A stretch of 64,000 nt of DNA from Candidatus Heimdallarchaeota archaeon (GCA_021399345.1 JAAFKI010000010.1:1-64000), one strand, 5' to 3'. Counted from the first letter of the stretch, positions 9,430 to 20,645 are shown. The notes: a model not told the origin generated them from the letters alone. Numbers and translations: made by a program.

Positions 9430-10428
9430 ATGAAAGAACAAACAACCCGTAAAATGAAACAGATTGGAGAGAAGCTTTTCTTATCGAAAATAGCTAATCT
9501 GGTAGATACCCCTATCCTCGATTACAATGAAGATGCTTCGACTTTTGCGTTAGAATCAGGAAAAATTCTTGTAATTAATGCAGATATGTTGGTGTTTCAA
9601 ACTGATGTTCTTCCAGGAATGTCAGACAAACAAATAGGGCAAAAAGCTGTGACAATGTCTGTTAGCGACATTGTTGCAAAAGGCACAAAACCTTTAGGTT
9701 GTCTTGCAAGCATTGGGTTCCCTTCAAATTTAGAAATATCTAAAGCAATGGATGTAATTCAAGGGATAAGAGATCAATGTAATGAGTATGATATTTTATA
9801 CCTTGGAGGGGATTTAAATGAAACAGCTGATATTATTGTAGATATTGTTTCATTTGGTGTTTGTGAGAGAGAGAAATTACTTCCCAGAAAAGGTGCCAAT
9901 GATGGAGATTTACTTTTTTCAACAGGTTTTTTTGGACTAACATCCCTTGGTTATAATCTACTTTTGAATAATCAAAAAGTTCCAGTTGATTTGCAAGAAA
10001 TAGTACTGTCTTCTATATTTGAACCAAAAGCGAAAATCGAATATTTAGGTCTTTTTAGCAAAATTTCAATCAATACATGTATGGATAGTTCAGATGGTCT
10101 ATTTATAACTTTGAAAGAATTATCAGATATAAATAAAATGGGAATTGATGTTACTAAAGTTCCTATTCACTCTCTAGTAGAATCTTACGCTAATACTAAA
10201 AAACTGAATCCATTAGATTTAACATTTAATGGAGGAGAAGAGTTTGAACTTATTTTCTCTATTATTCCAGAGATGGAAGAAGAATTGTTAAAACAGGCCA
10301 AGGAGAAAAAATTGTTTGTCCGAAAGATTGGATATTTCAATAAAAACCATAAAAAAATAATTATTTCAGAGCAAAAATTTTCAATGCATAATATGTCAAA
10401 TGAAGGTTTTGAACACTTCAAAACTTGA
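9430..10428 (+). CDS. thiL: Thiamine-monophosphate kinase
   Basis: SVSDIVAKG, GGDLN, MDSSDGL and GGEEFEL motifs. Confidence 0.92.
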   Translation: MKEQTTRKMKQIGEKLFLSKIANLVDTPILDYNEDASTFALESGKILVINADMLVFQTDVLPGMSDKQIGQKAVTMSVSDIVAKGTKPLGCLASIGFPSNLEISKAMDVIQGIRDQCNEYDILYLGGDLNETADIIVDIVSFGVCEREKLLPRKGANDGDLLFSTGFFGLTSLGYNLLLNNQKVPVDLQEIVLSSIFEPKAKIEYLGLFSKISINTCMDSSDGLFITLKELSDINKMGIDVTKVPIHSLVESYANTKKLNPLDLTFNGGEEFELIFSIIPEMEEELLKQAKEKKLFVRKIGYFNKNHKKIIISEQKFSMHNMSNEGFEHFKT

Positions 10429-10482
10429 AATATACGTTGATAAATCCTTAATAATTGTACTTTGTTTTTATCTTTGATTACT

Positions 10483-11733
10483 ATGGTTAAAATAACGAAG
10501 ATTATTCCTCGTGAGATAATAGATTCAAGAGGAAATCCTACTGTTGAGGTGGATGTTTATACATCTGAAGGCTTTGGTCGTGCTTTAGTTCCTTCTGGTG
10601 CTTCTACTGGTGAGCACGAAGCACTTGAATTACGAGACAAAGACAAAAGATTTCTTGGAAAGGGTGTTTTAAAAGCCATTGAAAACATCAATAAACTCAT
10701 TGCCCCCAAAGTTATAGGAATGGAAGTAATTGAGCAAGAAGCAATTGACAATCTAATGTTGGAAATTGATGGAACTGAAAATAAATCTAAACTTGGAGCA
10801 AATGCAATGCTTGGTGTTTCATTAGCTGTATGTAAAGCTGCAGCGAATGGACTGAACCTTCCAATTTATGAATATATGAATAAGGATGCAACAAGTTTAC
10901 CTGTTCCTATGTTGAATGTTATTAATGGTGGGAAACATGCAGGAGGCAATTTGAAAATCCAAGAATTTATGCTTATTCCTCATGGTTTCAAAAGATTTAG
11001 CGAAGCTTTGAGATCAATATGTGAGGTTTATCAGGTTCTAAGGAACAATCTAAAGAAATTTGGGCCTTCAGCAATTAATCTAGGTGATGAAGGCGGTTTT
11101 GGTAGTCCAGTTGATACTGCTCCCGAAGCACTTGACATGCTAGTTGAAGCAATTGAAGATACAGGTTATAAGCCTGGAAAACAAATCTCTATTGGATTGG
11201 ATTCTGCGGCATCTGAATTCTTTGAAGATTCTTTGTATGAAGTCGATGGAAAGAAACTAACTGGTAATGAGCTTGTTGACTATTATGTCAATTTAGTTGA
11301 TCAATATCCAATAATTTCTATTGAAGACCCATTTGATGAAAATGATTTTGAGTCTTTTGCACAATTACATGCAAAAGTACCTAATATATCTGTAGTTGCA
11401 GATGATTTAACCGTAACAAATCCAAAGAGAATACAGATGGCGATTGATAAGAAAGCTGCAAATTATCTTTTACTGAAAGTCAATCAAATTGGGACATTAA
11501 CTGAATCCATTCAAGCTGCTAATCTAGCACGTGACAACGGTTGGGGTATAAATATCTCTCACAGATCCGGTGAAACAGAAGATGCATTCATTGCTGATTT
11601 AGCTGTAGCTCTTAGAGCTGAGAGAATAAAAACTGGTGCTCCTGCAAGAGGAGAACGTACTGCAAAATATAACCAACTACTACGTATTGAAGAGCAGTTA
11701 GGAGACAAAGCAAAATATCTTGGAAGCAAATAA
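10483..11733 (+). CDS. eno: Enolase
   Basis: [31 protein letters not shown] and SHRSGETED motifs. Confidence 0.98.
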   Translation: MVKITKIIPREIIDSRGNPTVEVDVYTSEGFGRALVPSGASTGEHEALELRDKDKRFLGKGVLKAIENINKLIAPKVIGMEVIEQEAIDNLMLEIDGTENKSKLGANAMLGVSLAVCKAAANGLNLPIYEYMNKDATSLPVPMLNVINGGKHAGGNLKIQEFMLIPHGFKRFSEALRSICEVYQVLRNNLKKFGPSAINLGDEGGFGSPVDTAPEALDMLVEAIEDTGYKPGKQISIGLDSAASEFFEDSLYEVDGKKLTGNELVDYYVNLVDQYPIISIEDPFDENDFESFAQLHAKVPNISVVADDLTVTNPKRIQMAIDKKAANYLLLKVNQIGTLTESIQAANLARDNGWGINISHRSGETEDAFIADLAVALRAERIKTGAPARGERTAKYNQLLRIEEQLGDKAKYLGSK

Positions 11734-11809
11734 TCTGTTTCCTACTTACTTTTTCTATTCAAGGGATAATATTTTTGAATACCATTCATCTTTTTGTAAG
11801 TGATATTAA

Positions 11810-13327
11810 ATGAGCAAAGCATATGATGACATATTAAAAAATTATCAAGAAATACAATTATTAAATTCAATTAGTGGAGTTCTTTATTGGGATATGAATA
11901 CCCACATGCCCCCTGCTGCAGTAGGGCATAGAGCAAAACAATTTCAATATATTAGTCAAAAAATTCATGGTTTAACTACCAAATCTGAAATAGGTACATT
12001 ATTGGAAACATGTGAAAAAGACAATTCCCTTGATGATTTTCAAAGAAGAAATATAGAATTGATTAGAAGAGATTATGATGACAGAACAATTCTTCCATCT
12101 GAGTTAGTAGGAAAACTTGCTAATCAATCAAACAAAACTCTTGAAGTTTGGAAAAAAGCTAAGGCAAAATCTGACTTTCAAATGGTTCTTCCTGATTTAG
12201 AAAATTTATTTGCTCTCAATGTAGAGTCTACCACTCTTTTGGCTAAATCAAAAAATATGGATGATCCTTTTAATGCACTTATAGATAGTCGAGATAAAGG
12301 TTTTAGTGTAAAAATACTTTCTAATCTCTTTGATGAAGTAAAGGCCTTTCTTATTCCTTTTATCAAAAAATGCTCTGAATCAGAAGTAAAACCTGATAGA
12401 TCATTTCTTAGTAGGAACATTTCACGCTCAGCTCAGGTGAAAATGGTTGAAAACCTTGCACGTTTCTTAGAATATGATTTCTATTCAGATAATGCAGTTG
12501 GAAATATTGCTGAAGTTGAACACCCTTTAACGATTGGTGGTGGTTTTAAAGATGTCAGGGTTACTGTAAAATATCACGAAGACCATGTTTTATCTGCTTT
12601 TCTTGCGGGGGCACATGAATGTGGTCACGCCATTCATGGATTACAGGGGAAGGATGAATGGTTTAATCAACCTATATATCGCATGTCGTCTCCAAGTTTT
12701 GGGGAATCACAATCTAGATTTCTTGAAAACATTATTGCCAGCTCAAAAGAGTTTTGGAATTATTATTATCCTCAGTTTCAAAAAGATACTACAGATGTCT
12801 TCAATAATATTTCTTTGGAAGATTTCTATTTTGCTCTTAATGCTGTAAATCCTGGTTTTATTAGAATACAAGCTGATGAGGTTACTTATATTTTGCATAT
12901 CATAATCCGGTTTGAAATAGAGAGAGATTGGTTCGCTGGGAAGATAGATACGAAAGAATTACCTCAAGTTTGGAACGAAAAATACAAACACTATTTAGGC
13001 GTTGATGTTCCAAACGATACTTTAGGATTGATGCAAGATTTACACTGGTATTCACAATATTACGGTTACTTCTTTGGTTATGGGATAGGTGACTTAATTT
13101 CTTCTCAAATAACTGCTAAAATGTCTCAAGATCTTCCTGATTGGAAAACATCTCTACAAAATGGCAAATTCACACCCATCCGTCAATGGCTTGAATTAAA
13201 TATACATCAGAGGGGTGGAACTTTGGATTGTCTCGATATGGTTAAAAGTATCACTGGAGAAGATCTGACACCAAGATATCATATAGACTATTTAAAGGAA
13301 AAATTCTCACCTTTATATCAAATCTAG
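11810..13327 (+). CDS. Carboxypeptidase, family M32
   Basis: HP, HECGH, ESQ, IRIQADE and GLMQDLHW motifs. Confidence 0.93.
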   Translation: MSKAYDDILKNYQEIQLLNSISGVLYWDMNTHMPPAAVGHRAKQFQYISQKIHGLTTKSEIGTLLETCEKDNSLDDFQRRNIELIRRDYDDRTILPSELVGKLANQSNKTLEVWKKAKAKSDFQMVLPDLENLFALNVESTTLLAKSKNMDDPFNALIDSRDKGFSVKILSNLFDEVKAFLIPFIKKCSESEVKPDRSFLSRNISRSAQVKMVENLARFLEYDFYSDNAVGNIAEVEHPLTIGGGFKDVRVTVKYHEDHVLSAFLAGAHECGHAIHGLQGKDEWFNQPIYRMSSPSFGESQSRFLENIIASSKEFWNYYYPQFQKDTTDVFNNISLEDFYFALNAVNPGFIRIQADEVTYILHIIIRFEIERDWFAGKIDTKELPQVWNEKYKHYLGVDVPNDTLGLMQDLHWYSQYYGYFFGYGIGDLISSQITAKMSQDLPDWKTSLQNGKFTPIRQWLELNIHQRGGTLDCLDMVKSITGEDLTPRYHIDYLKEKFSPLYQI

Positions 13328-13392
13328 ATTCTACCTTCAGAAACAGAATAATTGAAAATGAAAAAGAAAGAGAGAGATATCAAAGAAAATAT

Positions 13393-14295
13393 CTAGAGTT
13401 TAATTTCTTCTTGGGATACTTTCTTGGGGTCTTTCATCAACTTCACACTATCTGCCATGAACAAATCTTCAACATAAAATACTCTCCCCTCTACCAAAGT
13501 ATTAGGGCCTAGTTTTACAACCCTTCCCTTAATATTCTTAAATACTTTAACATCTTGAACATCTACTTCATTTTGTGCAATGATGCTTCCATAAACAGTT
13601 ACTATTTTTTTAGCTTTCCTGAAAAACCAGGATTCAAAAACGGTTCTTCGACCTTCGATTAATATACTATCGCACAAGATGTTTTTCTCAATACGTGCCT
13701 TTCCTCCAATTTTAATTGTATTTTCAGAAAGTAGATTAGCTCCTATTGTAGAAGAACCTGTGAGTGTAGCTCCTTTAATAGCCTGTGTATTCTTTTCGCT
13801 TCTATAGGATCCAGTTACTGAAAGATGTCCTTGAACCACAGTTTCTCCTGAAACTCTTGCTGAACCACTAAATGAGGCATTTTCATCAGTATGCAAATCT
13901 TTCTCGCATTTAAATGAACCTGAACACTTTACTTCACCATGTGCGAGTACATTTCCGTAAGCTTTAACTGATCCAGAACATCGTAATGCTTTACATTCAA
14001 CATCTCCAGAGATTTTACCTGATCCAGAGATTCTTATATCTCTTTCCACTTTCCCTCCAGATATTCTGGCGGCACCAGAGACAGTAATAGAATCTTGTGT
14101 GAAAGTTTTTGATCCGGATACTTTTATATCTGGTGCATCTTTTCTAAATTCCAATTCTTGTCTAGCTAAACTTAATTTTTCAGTGTATCTTTCCTTTAAT
14201 TCTTCATAGCTAGCTTTGTCAATCTCGCCTTCTTCTTTCCTCTTATCTAGGAGATCTAAAAGCTCTTTATACATTCTTATGTCATTTTGACTCAT
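13393..14295 (-). CDS. Bactofilin-like (polymer-forming) beta-helix protein with N-terminal SHOCT-like helix pair
   Basis: Repeating (V/I/C)SGS-x-(K/R)-(I/V)-x-G units; N-terminal GEIDKASYEELK. Confidence 0.75.
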   Translation of the reverse strand: MSQNDIRMYKELLDLLDKRKEEGEIDKASYEELKERYTEKLSLARQELEFRKDAPDIKVSGSKTFTQDSITVSGAARISGGKVERDIRISGSGKISGDVECKALRCSGSVKAYGNVLAHGEVKCSGSFKCEKDLHTDENASFSGSARVSGETVVQGHLSVTGSYRSEKNTQAIKGATLTGSSTIGANLLSENTIKIGGKARIEKNILCDSILIEGRRTVFESWFFRKAKKIVTVYGSIIAQNEVDVQDVKVFKNIKGRVVKLGPNTLVEGRVFYVEDLFMADSVKLMKDPKKVSQEEIKL

Positions 14296-14384
14296 TACTT
14301 ACACCTTAAAACTAATTTATCAACATTTTATATAATGTTTTTTTTAATCAATTAGGTAATAAACTTAAATCTAAAGTTATAAGC

Positions 14385-14410
14385 TTAAACCGAGAAGTTT
14401 AAACCGACAA
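14385..14410. promoter_or_regulatory. Direct repeat TTAAACCGAnAA x2 in divergent promoter (candidate operator)
   Basis: ttaaaccgagaa (14385-14396) and ttaaaccgacaa (14399-14410). Confidence 0.4.
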
Positions 14411-14441
14411 CAATTTAAGTAGAGAACCAGATGTCTGATAT

Positions 14442-14885
14442 ATGCCGGAGATTTTAGATGATTCTCAAAAGGAAAGCCCTATTGTAGATGTCATTTATTC
14501 AATTTTCCGCGATGGTACTAGAAGAAAAATCCTTGCCCTTTTAGGAAATATGAAATTAACGGCAGATGAACTTACAAAAGAATTAGGTATTTCGAGACCT
14601 GCTGTTGAAAAGCATCTCAAGCAAATGTTAGAGATTGGACTAATAGAGAGAAAAGCTGACACTTATCCAACATTGAAATATATTTATACCATACCCTCGC
14701 CCGGGCTAGATTTACTTTCCAATGTAAGGGATGCGATTGATACATTCGTTTCTTCATTGAGAGAAGAATATACACGAAGATTAGAGAATGAAGAACAGAT
14801 GTATGTTCTAGGGATGTCTTCAAAAGATAGATATGAAGCAATAAAGAAGTCTTATAATTCTATTCTTGAAAGATTACAAAAATGA
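14442..14885 (+). CDS. ArsR-family HTH transcriptional regulator
   Basis: DGTRRKILALL...ELGISRPAVEKHLKQMLEIGLI. Confidence 0.88.
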   Translation: MPEILDDSQKESPIVDVIYSIFRDGTRRKILALLGNMKLTADELTKELGISRPAVEKHLKQMLEIGLIERKADTYPTLKYIYTIPSPGLDLLSNVRDAIDTFVSSLREEYTRRLENEEQMYVLGMSSKDRYEAIKKSYNSILERLQK

Positions 14886-14891
14886 TGATTT

Positions 14892-15398
14892 TTGGAATGT
14901 ACTAATATGCAAATTAAAGCAAGAAATCACTTATCAAAAAAGGATAAAAGAGCATTAATTGCTCATTTAACAGAATTTTTCGGTGAAGAAATAACAAATT
15001 CTCTGCAAAAAGATATAATAATTGAAGAAATTAGAACTGATATTGGAACTTTTATTGTCAATAATCGCAGAATATGGGTTTTTGACCATGAAAATATGAA
15101 AATACCTACTATCCATTTTTTGCGACAACATACTCATTCCCTCCCTAAGATTGTGGTTGATATTGGAGCGATCAGGTTTATTACTAATGGAGCTGATGTT
15201 ATGGCTCCAGGAATTGTCTTTTTTGACGAAGAGATAAAAGAAGGTTCAATTGTTGTCATTCATGAAGAGAGGGCTAATTCTATAATTGGCGTAGGAAAAT
15301 CGTTAATTTCCTCAAAAGACTTTTCAAAATCTAATAAAGGCAAGGTTATTAAGAATCTCCATCATCTCAGAGATTCCATTTGGGAATTTCAATTCTAG
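14892..15398 (+). CDS. PUA-domain RNA-binding protein (MCT-1/Tma20 homologue)
   Basis: VVDIGAIRFITNGADVMAPGI and KGKVIKNLHHLRD motifs. Confidence 0.9.
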   Translation: MECTNMQIKARNHLSKKDKRALIAHLTEFFGEEITNSLQKDIIIEEIRTDIGTFIVNNRRIWVFDHENMKIPTIHFLRQHTHSLPKIVVDIGAIRFITNGADVMAPGIVFFDEEIKEGSIVVIHEERANSIIGVGKSLISSKDFSKSNKGKVIKNLHHLRDSIWEFQF

Positions 15399-15406
15399 AT
15401 GTTTAT

Positions 15407-17350
15407 TTATTTTAATCTGATAGTTGTTCCATTAGGAGGCGCAAGACTTTCTCTTTTTGTGGTTTTGTATATCCACGATGCAAACTTTGTTACTTTTGAT
15501 TCTTCACCATGAATAACAACAACTCTTTCCGGTTTTGGAGTAACTTTGTTGATATAATTTTCTAACTCCCTTCTATCACTATGACCAGTAAAACCAGAAA
15601 TACTATGAACAGCCATTTCAATATGATACATCACAGTTTTTCTATTTTCAACCATTTGAATCTCTGTAATCCCTTTTTTGATTTTGCTGCCTAAAGTTCC
15701 TTTACCTTGATAACTTACAAAGATTAGTGCATTATTTGGATCTGAACAAAGAGCTTTGAAGTATTGAACACTGGGGCCTCCATTCATCATACCACTTGTA
15801 GCCAAGATTATTGCTGGATCACCTTCAATGATTAACTCCCTTTCTTCACTAGCTCCTACATGTTTCATCTGCTCAGCTAGGAAAGGATTCTCTCCTTCAT
15901 GGAAAATTCTCTCTCTCAAATTCTTTGATAAGAATTCAGGATGAGCTGTTGTAATTGCTGAAGCTTCTCTTATCATACCATCGGTATATATTGGAATCTT
16001 TGGGAGTTCTCCAGATCTCATTAGACCTTCCAAAACTACAAGTATTTCTTGAGCCCTTCCTACTGCAAGTACCGGAATCAGAACTTTACCTCCTTTTTGA
16101 ATTGTGTCATTAATTATGTTTCTCAACATTTTTTCACATTCAATTCTTGAAGGAAGAATATCTTGTGGTTTGCCGTAAGTTGATTCAATAAATAGTGTTT
16201 CTAATCTTGGAAACCTTGCATTAGCCGCATCTAATAGATTGGATCTAGCAAATTTTATATCTTGTGCGAAAGCAACATTGTAGACCCCTTCCCCAATATG
16301 GAGGTGAGGAATCGCACTTCCAATTATGTGACCTGCATTATGAAAAGTTAGTCGAATATCCGGTGTTATATCTGTTACTTCTCCATAATCTAAAACAATA
16401 GTATGTAAAACCGAATTTCTGATGTCCCTTTGTTCATATGGTAATGTTTTGCCTTCCTTTTTTGCTACATCAAGATAGTCAATTTGCAACATAGTCATTA
16501 AATCTCTAGTGGGTCGTGTAGCGTATATTGCGCCTTTGTATCCATACTTAAACAGATAAGGAACAAAGCCTGAATGATCAAGATGAGCATGTGATATTAC
16601 AACCGCATCAAGTTGTTCAACGTCAAATTCTGGTAAATCAAATCTTGGGAAGGTATTATTTGGGGTGTTACTCCCAACATTAATTCCGCAATCAATTAGT
16701 GCTCTGCTTTCTCCAGTTTGTATTAAGGAACAACTTCTACCTACTTCTGCATAACCACCTAGAGCTGTAACCCTTATTGTATCGTCTCTGTAAATTATTG
16801 GTCTGTGAATCCTCTTCCCAACAGTTTTAAGGACTTCTTGACGTTTCTTTGAATGTTCTTGATAAAGATGTCTTATAGTTTTTATAACCCTTGATTCGAT
16901 TGGAGGGGTTCTCATGACTCTTGGTCGCCATAATGTTTTTGCAATTATATTACGTAACATTTCACCGGATTTCCCTATTATAACACCGGGTTTCAATGCT
17001 TCTATAATTACTTCACCAACTAGTTCATCAAAATCGATATTAGTTATCTCTCCCTCTTTTCCAACTAATTCATTTATCGCGAAAATTGTTTCATCCTTTG
17101 GTAATCTTACACTAGGATCTGAACGAATAACTATTCTTTTCCTTAATTTCTTAGCCAATTCCTTTACAATTGTTTCATCGTCAACTAACACCCGAGGTTT
17201 CTTAGAATAAACTGCAACCTCTGGTCCCTCAAATTCTATAGTAGTAATTGCAGAGTTTTCAGGGAGTTCGTTATGTATGTCTTTGGATATTCTTTCTAAT
17301 ACTTCTTTATAACTCAAAGTGTTCAAACCTACTGTATTCCTTAAAAACAA
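15407..17350 (-). CDS. fttA: Beta-CASP ribonuclease aCPSF1 / termination factor FttA
   Basis: Two N-terminal KH domains; EVGRS, SHAHLDHSG, AGHIIGS, GFTGHSDR and HGE motifs. Confidence 0.95.
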   Translation of the reverse strand: MFLRNTVGLNTLSYKEVLERISKDIHNELPENSAITTIEFEGPEVAVYSKKPRVLVDDETIVKELAKKLRKRIVIRSDPSVRLPKDETIFAINELVGKEGEITNIDFDELVGEVIIEALKPGVIIGKSGEMLRNIIAKTLWRPRVMRTPPIESRVIKTIRHLYQEHSKKRQEVLKTVGKRIHRPIIYRDDTIRVTALGGYAEVGRSCSLIQTGESRALIDCGINVGSNTPNNTFPRFDLPEFDVEQLDAVVISHAHLDHSGFVPYLFKYGYKGAIYATRPTRDLMTMLQIDYLDVAKKEGKTLPYEQRDIRNSVLHTIVLDYGEVTDITPDIRLTFHNAGHIIGSAIPHLHIGEGVYNVAFAQDIKFARSNLLDAANARFPRLETLFIESTYGKPQDILPSRIECEKMLRNIINDTIQKGGKVLIPVLAVGRAQEILVVLEGLMRSGELPKIPIYTDGMIREASAITTAHPEFLSKNLRERIFHEGENPFLAEQMKHVGASEERELIIEGDPAIILATSGMMNGGPSVQYFKALCSDPNNALIFVSYQGKGTLGSKIKKGITEIQMVENRKTVMYHIEMAVHSISGFTGHSDRRELENYINKVTPKPERVVVIHGEESKVTKFASWIYKTTKRESLAPPNGTTIRLK

Positions 17351-17497
17351 ATATTTCTGAAGAACAAGCCCTCATATTTGCTTAAACAAAGTTTAAAACT
17401 AAATTAAATCTCTAAACTGTGTTTAAATACTTTTTGTTTTTGCTTGTTATAACTTAATCTCCTTTAATTTGATTATACCTACCAAAAGGAATAATCT

Positions 17498-18046
17498 TCA
17501 ACTTCCTCCTCTTAAATACCAGCCAATATCTAATGGCTTTTTTCTTGATCCTTTTATTACAATTGTGTTTTCTTTTAAAGAGGAAAGTTCTCTACTACTA
17601 ATTTTTGCCCTTCCAACCCCGTAAAATAGCTTATTTTCTCCTATAACTAATATTTGGTCGTTTTTATCAAAATCTTCCTCATATTTGATAATATTCTCTT
17701 TGAATATAGGTTTACCATATAGAAATTGAACAGTTTTAACAATAATTTTCTTTGATGTGTAGTTGGAAATCATGTTCGCTCCTTCGATTTCAAGATGAAA
17801 TGAATTTGACAAAATACTTCCAATAGGTATCCCTGCTGAATAAGGTTCTAAAATGGAGATTTTTGTGATTAAATCTGAACTCTCTTTAGGAACTGTGAAT
17901 ACTTCTTTTACTTTGCCTTCCTTTATCCAAAAATCATATTCTTTGAATGCTACTAGAACATTTGTACCAAAATCAGCTTCCATTGTATCCATAATAAGCT
18001 TATTTTCTTCTTTCGTTCTAATTCGAAATGTTGGTTTATTCATCAT
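17498..18046 (-). CDS. Nip7-like ribosome biogenesis PUA protein
   Basis: YSAGIPIG, FLYGKPI and DIGWYLRGG motifs; coupled to Nop2-type methylase. Confidence 0.8.
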   Translation of the reverse strand: MMNKPTFRIRTKEENKLIMDTMEADFGTNVLVAFKEYDFWIKEGKVKEVFTVPKESSDLITKISILEPYSAGIPIGSILSNSFHLEIEGANMISNYTSKKIIVKTVQFLYGKPIFKENIIKYEEDFDKNDQILVIGENKLFYGVGRAKISSRELSSLKENTIVIKGSRKKPLDIGWYLRGGS

Positions 18047-19010
18047 TTTTCACCAGTTTTGCAATAAAGAATCCTTCTCCATTTGTTTCATGTGGATACA
18101 ATCTTCTTGTTTTTGTAAGATTTTTTTCTAAATCCATATCAAGGAATTTTGTTATTCCAGGTTTCCCTTTAACTTCAATCTCACTTAATTTTACATCAAC
18201 TTTCTTCAAAATGTCAGAGATTACCAATTCATTTTCTTCAGGTTCCAAAGAACAGGTACAATAAACAAGTTCCCCATTGGTTTTCAGAACATTAAGAGCA
18301 GTTGTCAGTAATGAAACTTGATAATCATGATAATGTAAGATGTCTTTCAAAGATTTGCTTTTCTTTCTAGTTGGATCATTTATTATAATTCCTGAACCTG
18401 AGCATGGAGCATCAAGAAGAATCTTATCGAACTGTAGATTGAAATCTTTTGCATTACGTGCATCCATTTGGAAAACAGCTGTGTTTTCGACTCCCATTCT
18501 CGATAAATTGGATTTTAGGCTTCTACAACGATTAGCGCTTATTTCCAAAGCAATTATAACCCCCTTATTGTTCATTAACTGTGCTAAGTGCGTTGTTTTT
18601 CCTCCAGGAGCTGCAGCAAAATCTCCTATAAGTTCTCCTTCTTGTGGGTCTAAAATTCTTGGAGGGTAGAGGGAGTTCTTACCTTGTAACATGTAAAAAC
18701 CATTGAGATATTCGGGTGTTGCTCCAATAGGATGAGGTGATTTTGTAATAGTTCTAGATTCGGGAAATTCTGTGTTTTTCTCCAGCTGAATTCCTTTCTT
18801 TTTCAATAATCTCTCAGAGTTTTCAAACGAATTTCTAAGTGAATTCAATCGAATGGATTGAGGTAGAGTAGTTTCATTAAATTTGATTAATTCTTTTGTT
18901 TCACTTTCTCCAAGCATTTCTATGAACCTATCAATCATATATGGTAAATAACCCAATTTACTACCTAATTCGAAGACATCATATTCTTTTTGGAGAGACA
19001 ATACTATCAA
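18036..19010 (-). CDS. NOL1/NOP2/Sun RNA m5C methyltransferase
   Basis: IGATPEYLNG, AAAPGGKTTH, ILLDAPCSGSG and YCTCSLEPEENE motifs. Confidence 0.93.
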   Translation of the reverse strand: MIVLSLQKEYDVFELGSKLGYLPYMIDRFIEMLGESETKELIKFNETTLPQSIRLNSLRNSFENSERLLKKKGIQLEKNTEFPESRTITKSPHPIGATPEYLNGFYMLQGKNSLYPPRILDPQEGELIGDFAAAPGGKTTHLAQLMNNKGVIIALEISANRCRSLKSNLSRMGVENTAVFQMDARNAKDFNLQFDKILLDAPCSGSGIIINDPTRKKSKSLKDILHYHDYQVSLLTTALNVLKTNGELVYCTCSLEPEENELVISDILKKVDVKLSEIEVKGKPGITKFLDMDLEKNLTKTRRLYPHETNGEGFFIAKLVKNDE

Positions 19011-19073
19011 CTTGTTTTTTGTAACAATTTCAAGTCAAAATATAAAAGTAACCTATTTGAATAGTTTCTCAGA

Positions 19074-20144
19074 ATGGCTAATATTACTAATGAATTTAAA
19101 TTCATAGAGTTACCAACTCTTTTGTGCTTGGGAGCTGATATGTTAAACAGCCTACCTGAAATCATTGATCGTCTATCACTAGGTAGCAAAGCTTTACTGA
19201 TTACAGATGATTTCCTGAGATTTCGAATAGGAAAAGAAGTAGAAGATATTCTATCCGACAGTGAAAATCATAGTGTGTATACAAGTACTATTCAGGATAG
19301 TACATTAGATGAAGTAAATAAGCAGTCAAGGATACACGAAGAAACCCAACCCGATTTTGTTATTGGCCTAGGAGGAGGAAAGCCAATTGATATCGCTAAA
19401 TCTGTGGCTTTCAAATCTAATCAAAGATTCATTTCAATACCAACAATTGCAAGTCATGATGGTGTAGCTAGTTCAAGAGCTTCAATTATAGGATCAGATA
19501 AGAGACATTCTATTCAAGCTTTACCTCCAATTGCTGTTGTTGCTGATACAAAAATTATTGATAAATCGCCTTACAAATTTACCGCAGCTGGTTGTGGTGA
19601 TATCATCGCTAAGAAAACAGCAATTAAAGATTGGTTGCTCTCTCACCGACTGAAAAATGAACCAATTAGTGAATATTCAATTGCACTCTCAGATATGACT
19701 GTACAATTAATTACTAAGAATGCAGATCTTATAAAAAGTCAGGCTGAAGGTTATAGTAGGATTGTTGTAAAAGCTCTAATCAGTAGTTCTTTGGCAATGT
19801 GTGTTGCTGGATCATCTAGACCAGGAAGTGGATCTGAACATATGTTTAGTCATGCATTAGATACATTTGCTGAAAAACCAGCCTTACATGGGGAACAATG
19901 TGCTCTAGGAACAATTATGATGGCCTACCTACACGATTTAGATTGGGAAAATATTCGATTAGTTATGAGTAATTTAGGTTTGTCGACAAGAGCAAAAGAT
20001 TTTGGTTTAAAGGATGAGGAAATTATCCAAGCTCTAAAAATAGCACATACAATCCGTCCTCAGAGATTTACAATTCTAGGAAAGGATGGATTAACTCATG
20101 AGGCGGCTGTTAATACTGCTAGTGTTACAGGAGTGATTAGTTAA
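19074..20144 (+). CDS. egsA: Glycerol-1-phosphate dehydrogenase
   Basis: GGGKPIDIAK, PTIASHDG, GSSRPGSGSEHMFSH and HGEQC motifs. Confidence 0.95.
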   Translation: MANITNEFKFIELPTLLCLGADMLNSLPEIIDRLSLGSKALLITDDFLRFRIGKEVEDILSDSENHSVYTSTIQDSTLDEVNKQSRIHEETQPDFVIGLGGGKPIDIAKSVAFKSNQRFISIPTIASHDGVASSRASIIGSDKRHSIQALPPIAVVADTKIIDKSPYKFTAAGCGDIIAKKTAIKDWLLSHRLKNEPISEYSIALSDMTVQLITKNADLIKSQAEGYSRIVVKALISSSLAMCVAGSSRPGSGSEHMFSHALDTFAEKPALHGEQCALGTIMMAYLHDLDWENIRLVMSNLGLSTRAKDFGLKDEEIIQALKIAHTIRPQRFTILGKDGLTHEAAVNTASVTGVIS

Positions 20145-20193
20145 ACATACATTTGAGAATATTAAAAAGGACAATTTCTTAATTTACTTAGAT

Positions 20194-20631
20194 ATGCTGA
20201 TTTCATTTATACCAAAGGATGTAGCAAAAATAGGCTATCGCTTTATTCATCAAGGTGAAACACAAACTTGTAAAAACTGCCCATTTATTCAAGTTTGCAT
20301 TGAACAACTTGAAATAGGTTCTTCTTATGAAGTTGTAGATATTAGAGCTAAAGAACATCCCTGTCTGATTGATAATGGTATCATGATTGTCTGTGAGGTA
20401 CAGAAGATAAGTGACGTAATAGCAATTGAAAAGCAAAAATATTTGGATAACCTAATAACAACTCGTAAACCTATTGATTGTTCAGAGATATTGTGTGAAA
20501 ATTATGATTTTTGTGTTCCAATAAAATATGCAAAATCTTCAAAAATTAAAATTATTAAGAGTATAAAAAATATCAACTGTCCACTCGGATATAATCTGGT
20601 TTTGGTTGAAGCAAACAAAGTAGATACATAA
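20194..20631 (+). CDS. UPF0179 family protein
   Basis: AKIGYRF...CKNC...C...HPC Cys pattern; lies next to egsA. Confidence 0.85.
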   Translation: MLISFIPKDVAKIGYRFIHQGETQTCKNCPFIQVCIEQLEIGSSYEVVDIRAKEHPCLIDNGIMIVCEVQKISDVIAIEKQKYLDNLITTRKPIDCSEILCENYDFCVPIKYAKSSKIKIIKSIKNINCPLGYNLVLVEANKVDT

Positions 20632-20645
20632 ATGAATGAATAATT

